A stretch of DNA of 64,000 nucleotides, taken from Leptolyngbyaceae cyanobacterium. Lineage in GTDB: Bacteria > Cyanobacteriota > Cyanobacteriia > Phormidesmidales > Phormidesmidaceae. Each line of letters opens with the position of its first letter. The stretch's first letter is position 1. The notes beneath the pieces were generated by a model. The model worked only from the letters and a program-made list of their open reading frames with translations. It searched no databases and was not told where the DNA came from. The stretch spans positions 1 to 64,000 of the forward strand of contig CBDHHL010000035.1 of the NCBI GenBank assembly GCA_965263355.1, in the 5' to 3' direction. Both the position numbers and the translations under genes were made by a program. Shown here piece by piece: positions 1 through 10,303 of this stretch.

Positions 1-897
1 ACTGCTGCAAGCCCAGCTATAGCTGAAACCCGGCAAGGGCTGCCAAGTGATGACGTGCTCTGCAGTGCACGGTCTTGTCCTAGGGCTGGATTCTGGCCTA
101 CAGACGACGATCAGGCGCCCGAACCCTGCGAAGAGTGTGCATTGGGGGGAGCAGGTCGATAGTCAATTCCTGCCACTACCCTTGGATACTGCCCTCAGGT
201 AATGCCACAGACGGGCACACTCCTGGCCACAGTCAAGCGGCTGGCTATGTATGCGTATGGTGGCGGGGTGGGTCATTTATTGCAATTCAAACCCAATCCA
301 TTTACGTCTTCGAAGCTTTCGCCGCTAAAAACAACAGGGATGTCGTTTATCTCTACAGCAAACCTTGGCTGTCGTTGACGATTAAGCCATATGTCACTAA
401 CGGCAGCCTGAGCAGCTTGGCCTTTGTCGTCAGCAATGGTTAGGATATCACCTCTTTTGATAGTCATTCTTACTCCAATGGATAGCTTTTGTTTTCTTCA
501 AATAGAAGCCCCTGCATAACAATCTCTGCATCGCTTAGCGGTTCTTTTTGCCCGTACGGGTCTACTGCTGGTGTTCCGCAATGGCTACAAATAGGACCAC
601 CTTTCACACGCCATGTAGTAAATTCCTCTATACGGCATTCAGGATTTTCACATTTTGTCCATCGGCTCATATTCAATTAACCCCAAACACAACAAAACTC
701 CGCTCAGCCTATTTGGCCAAACAGAGTGCAATCTTCTATTTCATTTGGTAGAATTGTAGTGACATTTCGCAAGTTTTGGTTGCGTTCTCGTCATTTAGTC
801 ATTCGTAAGTAGCGTTACGTCTGACTTCCAAAATTATAGCAAATTAAACAGCCGCTGGAGCTATGCCCTGGCGGTTTTGTTTTGGTCATTCTTTGAC

Positions 898-1155
898 TCA
901 GCTTTTCGCTCTTTGCCTGCGCTTTCTTTGGGCTGCTGTCATCGGTTTGTCGCCTATGGTGGGCCTGCCCGTAGGATTGCCCGTAAATGAGCGGGGCTTG
1001 TCTGCAGGGTGCTCGGGATTGCGGCATCGCCAGCGCTGAGCACCCGACTTGGTTGATCCGTTTTTGTGCAGAGTAGCACCGCAATGGGGGCATAGGGCAT
1101 GGGGGGTGGGTTGCTGGGTGGTCATAAGCCTAGGGTTTTTTGCGGCAATCTGCAT
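898..1155 (-). CDS. Small zinc-ribbon protein (InsA-like N-terminus) with basic DNA-binding tail
   Basis: CPHCG..KNG..SGAQRWRC motif, then GRPTIGDKPMTAAQRKRRQR. True start probably the internal Met. Confidence 0.6.
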   Translation of the reverse strand: MQIAAKNPRLMTTQQPTPHALCPHCGATLHKNGSTKSGAQRWRCRNPEHPADKPRSFTGNPTGRPTIGDKPMTAAQRKRRQRAKS

Positions 1156-1414
1156 ATTGAAAACTATAAGAGCCTACGGCTAAATTAATGCCTAGTTTTT
1201 GAGCGTCAGAAGCGTTTATACTCCAGCCACCACGGTCTACCGTACAAGCTACTCCCCGTCTCTCGAAAAACTGTTCAACAAAATCATTGTTGTATCCGCC
1301 GACGATTAAACGATCAGAATAGACATCAACAACAAAAATCATTGCCGACTTTGGCCTACCATCACACTTGAATGCTTTGAACTCTTTTTGAAGGGACTTT
1401 AGGGTGCTAGTCAT
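1130..1414 (-). CDS. Hypothetical moron protein with its own promoter
   Basis: 94-aa ORF. Upstream minus-strand TTGACA-17-CATATT at 1472-1444. Confidence 0.6.
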   Translation of the reverse strand: MTSTLKSLQKEFKAFKCDGRPKSAMIFVVDVYSDRLIVGGYNNDFVEQFFERRGVACTVDRGGWSINASDAQKLGINLAVGSYSFQYADCRKKP

Positions 1415-1970
1415 CTGTTTCCTGGGGCGCTTGCTACTCTCTTAATATGCCACACCTTTTGTGACATGTCAATGATTTTTTAATTGGTTGGGTCGCCTGC
1501 AATCCCGCCGATTACGATCATGATGTTGCTCCAAGTGCTACAGGTCTATGGTAGCCAACTTATCTTTTCTTTCAACCACGCCCGCACACTGGCCTTATGC
1601 TGCGGATAGGCTCGACTGATGCACAATGCCCGCTGCTTAGGCTCACAGTATGGGTTAAGGCAAGGGCAGATGTGCTGCCCCCATTGTTCGTATTCAGCGT
1701 CAGATAGTTTGGTCATTCGGCCAACTCCTGCATGGAGGCTTCCTCAGTCAGTCGCTCGATCGCGCGATTCGCGGCTTCTTTGTTTGACGCACGGTTGCCA
1801 AGCTTCCTAAGCGTTTGCTGCAGCTTCGTTCCCTGAATGATGGGGAATTGCTCAGATAGGTGCTTTCTGCATTCAACATTGTCACCTTTGGCCAGCGCTT
1901 CAAGTCGGCAACTATACTGCCGCAGTTGCATCGCAAAGATGGTAAATGAGCTGTTTTAGGTCGTCTTCGT

Positions 1971-2282
1971 TCATTTTACTTCTAACTGAAGTCCCGACAG
2001 TCCTTCTCGATACTTTGCGTTAGGAATAGGTTGCGACGTCCACATAACAACGTCGGCATCCTTTGAATAAACCCAGCCAGCATGCGGACAGTCGATCTCT
2101 TGTTCATCATCCAGGAGCCGCGTACTGGTTAGCAAAATATTTGTATCTTCTTTGTGGTGACTGGCGTAAAGCCCTCTAAAAGACTGGTTCACACATCCTT
2201 TTTCGTACCAAGAACCCTCAGGGCCATTTTGCTTGATGGTGAAAATACAGGGGAATGATTGATCATCAGGTAATTTTTTCAT
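1971..2282 (-). CDS. Hypothetical protein
   Basis: ORF in a tightly packed leftward operon. Confidence 0.6.
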   Translation of the reverse strand: MKKLPDDQSFPCIFTIKQNGPEGSWYEKGCVNQSFRGLYASHHKEDTNILLTSTRLLDDEQEIDCPHAGWVYSKDADVVMWTSQPIPNAKYREGLSGLQLEVK

Positions 2283-2285
2283 TAT

Positions 2286-2633
2286 TCAACTGTCCTCATA
2301 TACAGCAAAACTATCTTTGCATACCTCTGAGATAATTCTATTCTCTCTCCTAGTCAAGAATCCCGTGTTCCTGGTTTCCTCCAGTGTCGTCAACTCACTA
2401 AGCACATCCCCAGGCAGCAGACATTCGCCAATCAAGACATTGGTTTCAGTGACCTGGGCCTCTACGTCAGTCCCAATCAGTTCGCTTAAACAAGACGCAA
2501 ACGCCCAGATGAGCCCCCTCTGGGTTGAGCTGGCGCTGATTGTTAGGCAGCTGTTGCCTTGACGCAACACGATCTCTAGCTCGGTTGAGAACTGAGTCGA
2601 TTCAATGCTTAATTCGTGCAGTATGTGGGGCAT
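2286..2633 (-). CDS. Hypothetical protein
   Basis: ORF in a tightly packed leftward operon. Confidence 0.6.
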   Translation of the reverse strand: MPHILHELSIESTQFSTELEIVLRQGNSCLTISASSTQRGLIWAFASCLSELIGTDVEAQVTETNVLIGECLLPGDVLSELTTLEETRNTGFLTRRENRIISEVCKDSFAVYEDS

Positions 2634-2636
2634 GGG

Positions 2637-3440
2637 TTATTCTCCCACTAACTTTTGACGCTCACCTTTAGCACCCTGAAAATTCTGATCCAGGACACTC
2701 AATATCTCTCTTGGTAATTTCTTGGTGACGTGAGCAGCGGGTTCATCAATCCACTGGTTCTCACCAATACCCAAAGACTTAATCCACTCTCGACACTGCT
2801 TATTAGCTTTGGTGCCTCTGCCGAATCCATAACGCTTAGACAACTCAGTGATGGTTATCCCGTCAAATTTCTCAGAACGGCCATAGGCATCCACGATTAC
2901 TGTGACCGGCTTCTCTACTTCAATAACCGCATCATGCTTACCAAAGGTGATAGCAGGCAACGCAGGGTTGATGTTGGCCAGCATTTGAGAAGCTGAGGCT
3001 AAACGCTCCCTAGCCTGAAGCAGAGCTAGCTCTATCTTCATTTTTTCTAGCTCAGCATTTTGAGCAGGAATGATAGTCTCTGCTTCTCTCGTCTTGGCTG
3101 CGAAATAGGCTTGAGCTGCAGCGATCTCAGGCTTGCGTGGATCACCATTCATCGCAGTCAGGTAGGCACCGTAACGAGTCAGCCTGAAGTCATCTATTTT
3201 TCTTACCGCTCCTTTGCCTGTAGCTATCATTTTCGAGGAGCCTCGAAAATGATCAAACGCTTCATTGCCAGAGTTTTCACAGGCCAACGTTGCTTTTTCA
3301 ATCACCTTGCCAAAACGGTCCCATTTTGGGTATCCCAAAGGAGCGGCTAGCTCTCTAGCACTCCAATACTCAACGCCGTGACTGTCTACTTGCCGCAGCT
3401 GATCGAATAAGGCGTTTGTTTTTGCTATATCACTCATCAA
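2637..3440 (-). CDS. Phage antirepressor-like protein, BRO/DinD-like N-terminal domain
   Basis: FDQLRQVD..GVEYWSARELAAPLGY.KWDRF..VIEKA and LTRYGAYL.AMNGDPRKPEIAAAQAYFA motifs. Confidence 0.8.
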   Translation of the reverse strand: MMSDIAKTNALFDQLRQVDSHGVEYWSARELAAPLGYPKWDRFGKVIEKATLACENSGNEAFDHFRGSSKMIATGKGAVRKIDDFRLTRYGAYLTAMNGDPRKPEIAAAQAYFAAKTREAETIIPAQNAELEKMKIELALLQARERLASASQMLANINPALPAITFGKHDAVIEVEKPVTVIVDAYGRSEKFDGITITELSKRYGFGRGTKANKQCREWIKSLGIGENQWIDEPAAHVTKKLPREILSVLDQNFQGAKGERQKLVGE

Positions 3441-3918
3441 ATTTCACCCCGAACGAAACATCTAACGCCTTCTCAATGGCCTGCAAGTTTTCAATCGACA
3501 ACGTCCCCTTAAGAGTCTCTTTCTCAAGGTCATACCAATAGGTCCTACTAACGCCTACTTCGCCGCACAAAGCTTGCCTATGCGCGGGCGGGTTGGCATG
3601 AAAGCCGGGGTGACACTGCTTATTCAGAGGTGGCAATAGCTTTTTGATTAGCGCTCGCTCTAAGTGCTTTCTATTTTTGCTCGTTAACTCTTGAGCGCAC
3701 ATCCACTTGATAGCTGATGCCTTCCATTTCTTGAAGTGCAAATTATGAGAATGACTCAGAAAACGGAAAAACAGACTCTGGGTTTCACCAACGTACAAAA
3801 TCCCTTCGCAACTATCGAGCACAAAATAAATCGCTGAAACTCTGGGTAATTGACGCTTTTGCTCAAAGGAGATCGAGTTAATCATCAACGACCTCCCGCA
3901 CGATACTTTCGAACCCAA
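3430..3918 (-). CDS. GIY-YIG nuclease domain fused to a C-terminal XRE-type HTH
   Basis: AIYFV...LYVGET..L..R...H and LERALI...PPLN, then LCGEVGVSRTYWYDLE...LSIENLQAIEKAL. Confidence 0.7.
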   Translation of the reverse strand: MGSKVSCGRSLMINSISFEQKRQLPRVSAIYFVLDSCEGILYVGETQSLFFRFLSHSHNLHFKKWKASAIKWMCAQELTSKNRKHLERALIKKLLPPLNKQCHPGFHANPPAHRQALCGEVGVSRTYWYDLEKETLKGTLSIENLQAIEKALDVSFGVKFDE

Positions 3919-3923
3919 GGCTT

Positions 3924-4205
3924 TTAATCATCTTCTTCTATCCTCAGCAGGTCTAGTATCGTTACCTCTTGTCCAGACCAGATAGAGGCCAGTCGGGCCA
4001 ATTTCACTTGGTTCGAGAAATGCCCCCTGTCCAGTCGTCCATCTAACGCCAATCTCAAAGTATTACGGCCCACTTCGTTAGGACCACCCAAAAGACTTGT
4101 GTACACGGAATTAACCGATACGGGCTCACCTGCTTCATCTTTGGGCCAGTATTTCGAAATATCTAAGTAAACTTTCACGGCGTCAGGCATAGACAGAACA
4201 TCCAT
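3924..4205 (-). CDS. Putative HTH regulator (repressor/Cro-like), divergent from the 4346 operon
   Basis: VGRNTLRLALDG...VKLARL...VTILDLL resembles HTH_26-like regulators. Divergent intergenic region carries repeats. Confidence 0.5.
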   Translation of the reverse strand: MDVLSMPDAVKVYLDISKYWPKDEAGEPVSVNSVYTSLLGGPNEVGRNTLRLALDGRLDRGHFSNQVKLARLASIWSGQEVTILDLLRIEEDD

Positions 4206-4223
4206 AGATTGTCCTCCAAATAC

Positions 4224-4307
4224 TTGACTTTTTGGAATATTAACGCATTGATTTACTGAAAGTCAACACTTCAACCTATTGACATGTTGAAAGTCAACGT
4301 GCATAAT
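4224..4307. promoter_or_regulatory. Divergent promoter/operator region
   Basis: TGAAAGTCAAC at 4257-4267 and 4288-4298, an inverted half-site TTGACTTT at 4224, and TTGACA...CATAAT on the + strand. Confidence 0.55.
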
Positions 4308-4345
4308 AGTAACCAAGCAAGCAAACAACACCGGAGCCCACGACA

Positions 4346-4627
4346 ATGACTTTCCTCCAACTTCAAGCCACCGCCCAGGACGCAAGCCGTAAGTACCGCA
4401 ACTATCGCGGCAAGAATGCCAAAACTCTGGCCAAGCGTAAGGCCGCATACGAAGCTGCTCAAGCTGCTCTGGATGCATATCAGTATGAAATGGGCGAACG
4501 TTGCCTGCAGCGTCTGGAGCGTAAGTTGAGCACCGTCAAGGAGTTGAAGGCAGAGGCTAAGCGTCGTGGGTTCCGTGGTTATAGCCGCTTACGCAAGGCT
4601 CAGCTGATTAAATTGTTAGCTGCTTAG
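4346..4627 (+). CDS. Small protein with C-terminal Rho_N/HeH-like nucleic-acid-binding motif
   Basis: TVKELKAEAKRRGFRGYSRLRKAQLIKLL. Confidence 0.7.
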   Translation: MTFLQLQATAQDASRKYRNYRGKNAKTLAKRKAAYEAAQAALDAYQYEMGERCLQRLERKLSTVKELKAEAKRRGFRGYSRLRKAQLIKLLAA

Positions 4628-4690
4628 TCTCAAGGCTCTGAGCAAGCTTCCAATACTGCTCGCGTAATTAAACAACACCGGAGCTACCCA

Positions 4691-4900
4691 ATGACCAACC
4701 TAAGTCAACTACAGAAGTCTCTAGACAACACAATTTTCGATTACCAGCAAGGCAAGCCAGTCACCACCAAGCGCCTGCACCTACTATCCAGCGCTCGCTT
4801 GCAGGTAACGCTGGATAGCGGCGTACCTGAGCAATATCAACAGCTGCTAACCGACCGGATGCAGCAGATTCAGTCCTACGCATTCAATCAGCAACACTAA
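4691..4900 (+). CDS. Hypothetical protein
   Basis: Preceded by the same 15-nt leader (AAACAACACCGGAGC) as ORF 4346. Confidence 0.6.
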   Translation: MTNLSQLQKSLDNTIFDYQQGKPVTTKRLHLLSSARLQVTLDSGVPEQYQQLLTDRMQQIQSYAFNQQH

Positions 4901-4975
4901 ATTCCAATAACAAAGCCCTGGGGAGCTACCAACTACACCAGGGCTTGCAGCTCAAACCAATAGCAATTCGAACTA

Positions 4976-5458
4976 ATGAAAACTCTAGCAAAAACTGAAC
5001 TTCAATTCCGTCAAACATCAGATTCCCAGTACGTCATTTATCGTGGCACTGAGAATGTCGGCACTATCGCCTTCAACATTACGGCCATGCGTTGGGAGTA
5101 TAACCCTTATGGTCAAGCAGTCGTAGCGGTTGGCAGCTTGGACCACTGCAAGGCAGAAGCTAATCGCGATTTGTCTCCTAAGCCAGAAGTCGCTACCGCC
5201 ACCGTCACCCACATTGCAGACGACGCTAAGCCTGCCTACGTCCACCGGCGCACATCATGGCGTGTGTCTGGCAGCCACAACGAGGTCACTGTCACTGTGC
5301 AGGTAGATGACGAAGTGTATGAGGTGCTAGCCCCTGTCAGCTTTGCCCGCAACCTGGTTAAAGGCTCTGTAGTGGAGCTATTCCCAGATAAATACACAGG
5401 CCGTCCATGTATCCGCTGGACTCGTAAGCCTGTCCGTCGTCAAGTCGCTGCAGCATAG
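4976..5458 (+). CDS. Hypothetical protein
   Basis: 160-aa ORF in the early operon. Confidence 0.65.
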   Translation: MKTLAKTELQFRQTSDSQYVIYRGTENVGTIAFNITAMRWEYNPYGQAVVAVGSLDHCKAEANRDLSPKPEVATATVTHIADDAKPAYVHRRTSWRVSGSHNEVTVTVQVDDEVYEVLAPVSFARNLVKGSVVELFPDKYTGRPCIRWTRKPVRRQVAAA

Positions 5459-6186
5459 GGAGGGCTTAGCAATGATCACATTCACTCAAAACCAAAGCTT
5501 TGGCCAACTCTACGCCGACTGCCAAACCACCGGCCAAAGCTACCGCATCCCGAAAGCCAGCGTAGAACCTTTCCTGGCTGATTTGAGGACCACGCTGGAT
5601 GAGTTACTAGCTACTCCGCAGCAGCGTACCCCTGAGATGCACGCAGCACTAGCCTTCTACAACGGCTAATCACATCCATAGCCGATCACCCCACTTCGGT
5701 GGTCGGCCTGTAAACCCTAAGGAATTCAAATCAATGGCATTAAGTAAAGAACAGGCTGCTGAGGTGGCCGCACGGACTGGCCTGTCTGAATGGCAGATCC
5801 GACGAATAGCAGAGTTTGCGCAAGTACCCACACAGAAGGAGAAGCAAAAGAATGGTTAATTTAACTCAGTTTTCAGTACGCCTCACTACCTTATGTATCC
5901 TGTGGTGTGTCGTTAAGTTTGCCCAGTACTTACTTAAGTGCTGTGACCGCACCCAAGACGCCGACTCTACTGGCTGGGCCGAAATCCGGCTGCAGTGCGA
6001 TATCCGGCAAATGGTCGAAGATGCTGCCAGGAAAGCTTGGGACCAGGAACGCGGTTGGGCTTGATAGGGTAAACAAATAAGCTTCGGTGACGGGGGCTCT
6101 GCGGGGTCCTCGTTTTTTATTGGAGATCACCTTGAATTTCCTCTGAAACACATCCATAATAACTCATAGCTAATGACTAACTCACT

Positions 6187-6510
6187 ATGACTTTATCAGT
6201 CTACACTCTTGCCAAACAGCGTAGGATAAGGCATTCAAGTATTGACGCCTTTATGAGCCAAGCTGTGACCCCCAAAGAATATTGCGATGAATGGGTACCG
6301 AAGTTTCATGATATCCAACCTGGCGAGTCAGGATATAGGGACTTGTGCGTCAAAGAATTAGCCAGGATAACCGGATATAGCAAGGGCTCTATACAGAATT
6401 GGGGCAAGGATTTTGGGAGAGCGCCCAACCTGGTACAAAGGGTTTGCGCCATGGCATCAATACTGAACCGAGCATCAACCGATTGGTCAGACTTGATTGA
6501 CAGCCAATAA
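6187..6510 (+). CDS. Putative HTH DNA-binding protein
   Basis: ELARITGYSKGSIQNWG helix-turn-helix. Terminator-like hairpin at 6543-6572. Confidence 0.6.
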   Translation: MTLSVYTLAKQRRIRHSSIDAFMSQAVTPKEYCDEWVPKFHDIQPGESGYRDLCVKELARITGYSKGSIQNWGKDFGRAPNLVQRVCAMASILNRASTDWSDLIDSQ

Positions 6511-6681
6511 TCAAAATACATCAATTAGTCATAGTTAATGACAAAACCCCTTGACCTTAAGTTGAGGGGTTTTCTATTGTAAGGACAAGGCGGACATGCC
6601 TAGGTCTGTCCTAGGTCGCCAACCGGACACAGGTAGGTCACCGAATCGCTGAAAGTCTCTAAGGGGAAGGGTTTACGTCAA

Positions 6682-6936
6682 ATGAATGTCCAGGTCTTAA
6701 ATGATGGGTTTACAGCTGCAGAACTCCGGCTTTGTATTAAGTCAGAAACTGGTCGTTCTGTTGCAGCTAGAACAATCCGACGTTGGAGGCAAGCATTAGA
6801 CATCCGCCCATGCGATTCGGGAACTTACAGTCATAAGCAGCTTGACGCGCTCGTCAGCTTGGCGAGCTGGTTGAGTTCTGGACGAAAGATCAATCATTTT
6901 ATTACTGTTCATTTTGATTTACTTAGGGAGCTATAG
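6682..6936 (+). CDS. MerR/Xis-like HTH protein
   Basis: VAARTIRRWRQALDI...GTYSHKQLDAL. Confidence 0.55.
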   Translation: MNVQVLNDGFTAAELRLCIKSETGRSVAARTIRRWRQALDIRPCDSGTYSHKQLDALVSLASWLSSGRKINHFITVHFDLLREL

Positions 6937-6938
6937 CC

Positions 6939-7355
6939 ATGAAGACAACACAAGACCTAAAAGCAGCTAAGAACACATCAGGCAAGGGCTTCGCCGAAAC
7001 GCCTCAAGCCCCTGCAGTAAATAACCAGGGGCCTATTGAAAATGGTGGCTTGATGGCAGCTAACGGACTGCGCAATGTCGCAGCGCAGCAATGCTCAGAG
7101 CTAGGTTTAGTCGCTCAACAGTTAGATGGCCAGTTAGACCAATTGGCTGAACCTGTTGCTAATTATTTTGCAGATGTAATCAGCGGTAAAGCGCTGATTA
7201 CTAAAGTGCTTCAGCGAATGAACGAAAAAGCACAGCCCCAAAGCCTCAACATGGAACTTCTCGCGATAGAAGCCCCCGAGATGCCAACTGTGCATTCTAT
7301 TAATGCTGCTGACTTTTTTAGTACGCCAAAGCCCATCGCTCTACCTGGCAAATGA
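6939..7355 (+). CDS. Hypothetical protein
   Basis: Starts 2 nt after the upstream stop. Confidence 0.6.
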   Translation: MKTTQDLKAAKNTSGKGFAETPQAPAVNNQGPIENGGLMAANGLRNVAAQQCSELGLVAQQLDGQLDQLAEPVANYFADVISGKALITKVLQRMNEKAQPQSLNMELLAIEAPEMPTVHSINAADFFSTPKPIALPGK

Positions 7356-7537
7356 TGTGACAGTTATCTGTGTGTGAGGTTTACACACCCCTCAAAAACA
7401 TGATGTGAGGCCTCACCCACGCGCGTCACACACGCACACACGAACGCTAAAAACACCTGAAACCATTGAATTATAAAGCGTGGGCCTTTGTGAGCCGTTT
7501 ATTGTGCCAGTTCACGTTCTCACGTTATTCTCACGCC

Positions 7538-7966
7538 ATGAAACCACCCGCTTTATTGCTAGCCCTTTTTCTAGTTGGCAGCCCTGGTTACGGGCTGTAT
7601 CACAATTCAGTGAAACGCCAATCTGATCAACGACATGCTGAGACTCTGGACTCTGGCGAGTTATTTGTAGATAGTGCCACTGCGATGATGCGGGCAAGGT
7701 TTTGCCAGTTTGTTTATGAGTCGGGCCAGTCTGAGCCTATGCCCAGCTTGATAGGTGTTGAAGGCATGGTGTTGTCAGAGGGAGATTCTGGGCCTCAATT
7801 TGTGTGTGCTCCAGATGGGACGACTGTAAAACAACGTGGTGGCGAGTTTGCGGAATATGCAGCAGTAGCAGAGAAAGATTTAGCTAAATTTCATCGGCTT
7901 TTAATCGTTAGGGGCATGGCCACCGAAAAATACTTGAAAGGATTTCAAATTTATGACAGCCAATAA
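7538..7966 (+). CDS. Membrane-anchored or secreted hypothetical protein
   Basis: ATG at 7538 (MKPPALLLALFLVGSPGYGLY) gives an N-terminal hydrophobic helix. Confidence 0.6.
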   Translation: MKPPALLLALFLVGSPGYGLYHNSVKRQSDQRHAETLDSGELFVDSATAMMRARFCQFVYESGQSEPMPSLIGVEGMVLSEGDSGPQFVCAPDGTTVKQRGGEFAEYAAVAEKDLAKFHRLLIVRGMATEKYLKGFQIYDSQ

Positions 7967-8666
7967 TTATTATCGCCAATACGACGACGAAGAAAGTCCA
8001 AAGCCTAAAAAGAAAAAGTCTAAACGTGTCTCGCCAAATCTTCTGCCGGCTTATTTTTTTTGGGCTGTCCTGCTTCTGACAAGCTTAGGACTCAATATCT
8101 ACAACGTATATAGCCGCTTTGCCCCCGAGTCTCGCGAGCGGTTCGCAGCATCAGGTATCTTTGAGTATTTATTCTCACTGCCACTTTTTGGCTTAGTCGC
8201 TTTTGTATTCTGGTGTGCTTCAGCCTACGCAACGTATGTAGTTGTTAGCGAGATGCTGAAGGGCAAGCACTGGACTAACCCGGTTTATTGGCTGCTAACA
8301 GGCATCGGCGCATTATGCGTTTTGACAGGGCTAGAGGGCCTTTTAATTAATTTCCCTGTAGTACTAGCAGCGTCTGCAGTTGGCATGATGCAATACTTGG
8401 AAATCCTATTCTGGAACGCTAATAAGCGGTCCAAGGTTTTCTGGACTGTCATTTGCATTACTTACGTGGTAGAGATCGGCTTGCAATACGAAATGCTTCC
8501 TTTCCACCACGATTACCCGTCTACAGTGGCCTTTGTCCAAGGTCTGATGAGCATGGATTTTGATTGGACAGGATTTAGAATCTTTCAATTGTTTTTGGCA
8601 GTGATCGGAGTCTTCGGAGTGGAAGCAGGCGATCGCATGATCAAGTTAGTAAAGAGTCACGGATAA
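7953..8666 (+). CDS. Polytopic membrane protein
   Basis: About 5-6 hydrophobic segments. Confidence 0.7.
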   Translation: MTANNYYRQYDDEESPKPKKKKSKRVSPNLLPAYFFWAVLLLTSLGLNIYNVYSRFAPESRERFAASGIFEYLFSLPLFGLVAFVFWCASAYATYVVVSEMLKGKHWTNPVYWLLTGIGALCVLTGLEGLLINFPVVLAASAVGMMQYLEILFWNANKRSKVFWTVICITYVVEIGLQYEMLPFHHDYPSTVAFVQGLMSMDFDWTGFRIFQLFLAVIGVFGVEAGDRMIKLVKSHG

Positions 8667-10303
8667 TGTCTTCTCTACAGGAAACAACAACATCAGCTCT
8701 CGCTAGATTGGATGACTTCAGCGTTGACGATCTTGATTTTATTGGTCAGCGTTGGCCCCATGTCAGTTCTGGCCATAAAGTCATCCTTTACGGAGTTCTT
8801 GCAGCCGCTAGCATCCCTGCACAGGGGGCATGGGCAAGTATTTCGTTAATTATTGTTCCTGTAGCTGCTTCAGTGGCATCGGCTGCTATGGGTCTAGCAA
8901 TGCTGCTTAAGCCTGATGAAAGCAACGTGCCAATTAATGTTGATGCTACTGAAGTTGTCAGCACAAAAACCATTGAAGCCACTGCGGACCCGGTTTATGA
9001 ACCAAACCCATTCAGCGGTCCGCTACCAGCCCATGAGACAGTAGCGTCATCGAATACTGATGGAATTGACTTAGAACGGGTTCAAGCTGTGTTAGAACAA
9101 CGCGCAGCTGAGGAAGCGGGCATTCCTGTGAATGAGTATCGAGCGACCAGAATGATTGATGACATTGATCAGGTGATTGACGCTGCCCCTATCGAAATCG
9201 TTAAAGCTGGCAAGCAGCCCATGGATATCGCCAAATATATGGCTATGAATCCTAAGCCAACATTAATTAGTGCTGTGCCGAGAACAGGAAAAGGTGTTGT
9301 GATCGCTCAGGCTTGGCGAGAATTTAAGTTGCAAAATCCGAATAGCATTGTTTGGGTGATTCAACCTAAACCCCATCCTAAAGAAACTGGTTATTGGGAT
9401 GGGGTTGATTTTTTCTGGGGGGAAATGATCGAAGATGCTTTGGGCGATGCAAATGAGATTGACCGCATTTCAAAAAAGTTGACACAGATTATCAAGGATT
9501 GGCGCAAAGCACCTCAACAAAAAAAGCTTCTTATTATTGACGAGGGGGTTAAACTTCAATCTGTCTTAAAGAAATGGTTCTATGACTTTCTGGTGCCAAC
9601 AGTTCAAGTGGAGGCATCTAGTGGCGAAACTGACAATAGATTTCTATGGCTAGTCAGTCAGTCCCCTTTAGTTAAAGACATTGGCATCAGTACCGGCAAT
9701 CGTTCATCCCTTCAGTTTCTGCACTTACAAAAGCCTGGTGAAGATGAAAACCTATCTATGGTAATGGGCAGCTATAAATCTATCCCTGGGCCTGAAGATG
9801 GTCTATATGAACTGTCAGGCTCGCCTAAGCAAGCCATTTTTTATCATACGGGCATCGGTGAATGGTATCCAATGCCCGCCTACCCGGTATATCAATCTAC
9901 GCGAGAGTTGGTAACAGCTGGTGACATTCCGCAACATAAACCTGAGCCTACTTATCCCCTGAAGTCAGTCTGGGATTTTAAGCAGCCAGCTTGGGAGTTT
10001 GAAGATGAAGCTGTTAACAGCACGCCAGAACTAGACGCTCAAATTGAAAGCTTTCGTAAGTTTGCCAATGAACCACGGTACCAGTGTGTTGTTGACTTCC
10101 TGGAGTCCTTAAAAGATTACGAAAACGGTCAGCAGTTAAGCCCTAGTGATTTTGGGAAGTCTAGCTGGGCTAGCCGGTGGGTAGAGAAAGAGGGCGGGCT
10201 GAAGGATCGGAAGGGGGGGACCGTCGGGGTCTTTTTGAAGAATGCGGTCAAGCTTGGCTTTCTCAAATGTGTTGATGATAAATATGAGGTGACCTTAAAA
10301 TGA
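8666..10303 (+). CDS. Membrane-anchored P-loop ATPase (FtsK/HerA/coupling-protein-like)
   Basis: N-terminal TM pair, Walker A variant LISAVPRTGKG, Walker B LLIIDE, and LVSQS motif. Confidence 0.65.
   Translation: MSSLQETTTSALARLDDFSVDDLDFIGQRWPHVSSGHKVILYGVLAAASIPAQGAWASISLIIVPVAASVASAAMGLAMLLKPDESNVPINVDATEVVSTKTIEATADPVYEPNPFSGPLPAHETVASSNTDGIDLERVQAVLEQRAAEEAGIPVNEYRATRMIDDIDQVIDAAPIEIVKAGKQPMDIAKYMAMNPKPTLISAVPRTGKGVVIAQAWREFKLQNPNSIVWVIQPKPHPKETGYWDGVDFFWGEMIEDALGDANEIDRISKKLTQIIKDWRKAPQQKKLLIIDEGVKLQSVLKKWFYDFLVPTVQVEASSGETDNRFLWLVSQSPLVKDIGISTGNRSSLQFLHLQKPGEDENLSMVMGSYKSIPGPEDGLYELSGSPKQAIFYHTGIGEWYPMPAYPVYQSTRELVTAGDIPQHKPEPTYPLKSVWDFKQPAWEFEDEAVNSTPELDAQIESFRKFANEPRYQCVVDFLESLKDYENGQQLSPSDFGKSSWASRWVEKEGGLKDRKGGTVGVFLKNAVKLGFLKCVDDKYEVTLK

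Noticed and set aside
898..1155. IS1 element
   Set aside because: Only an InsA-like zinc ribbon; no InsB DDE domain or terminal inverted repeats.
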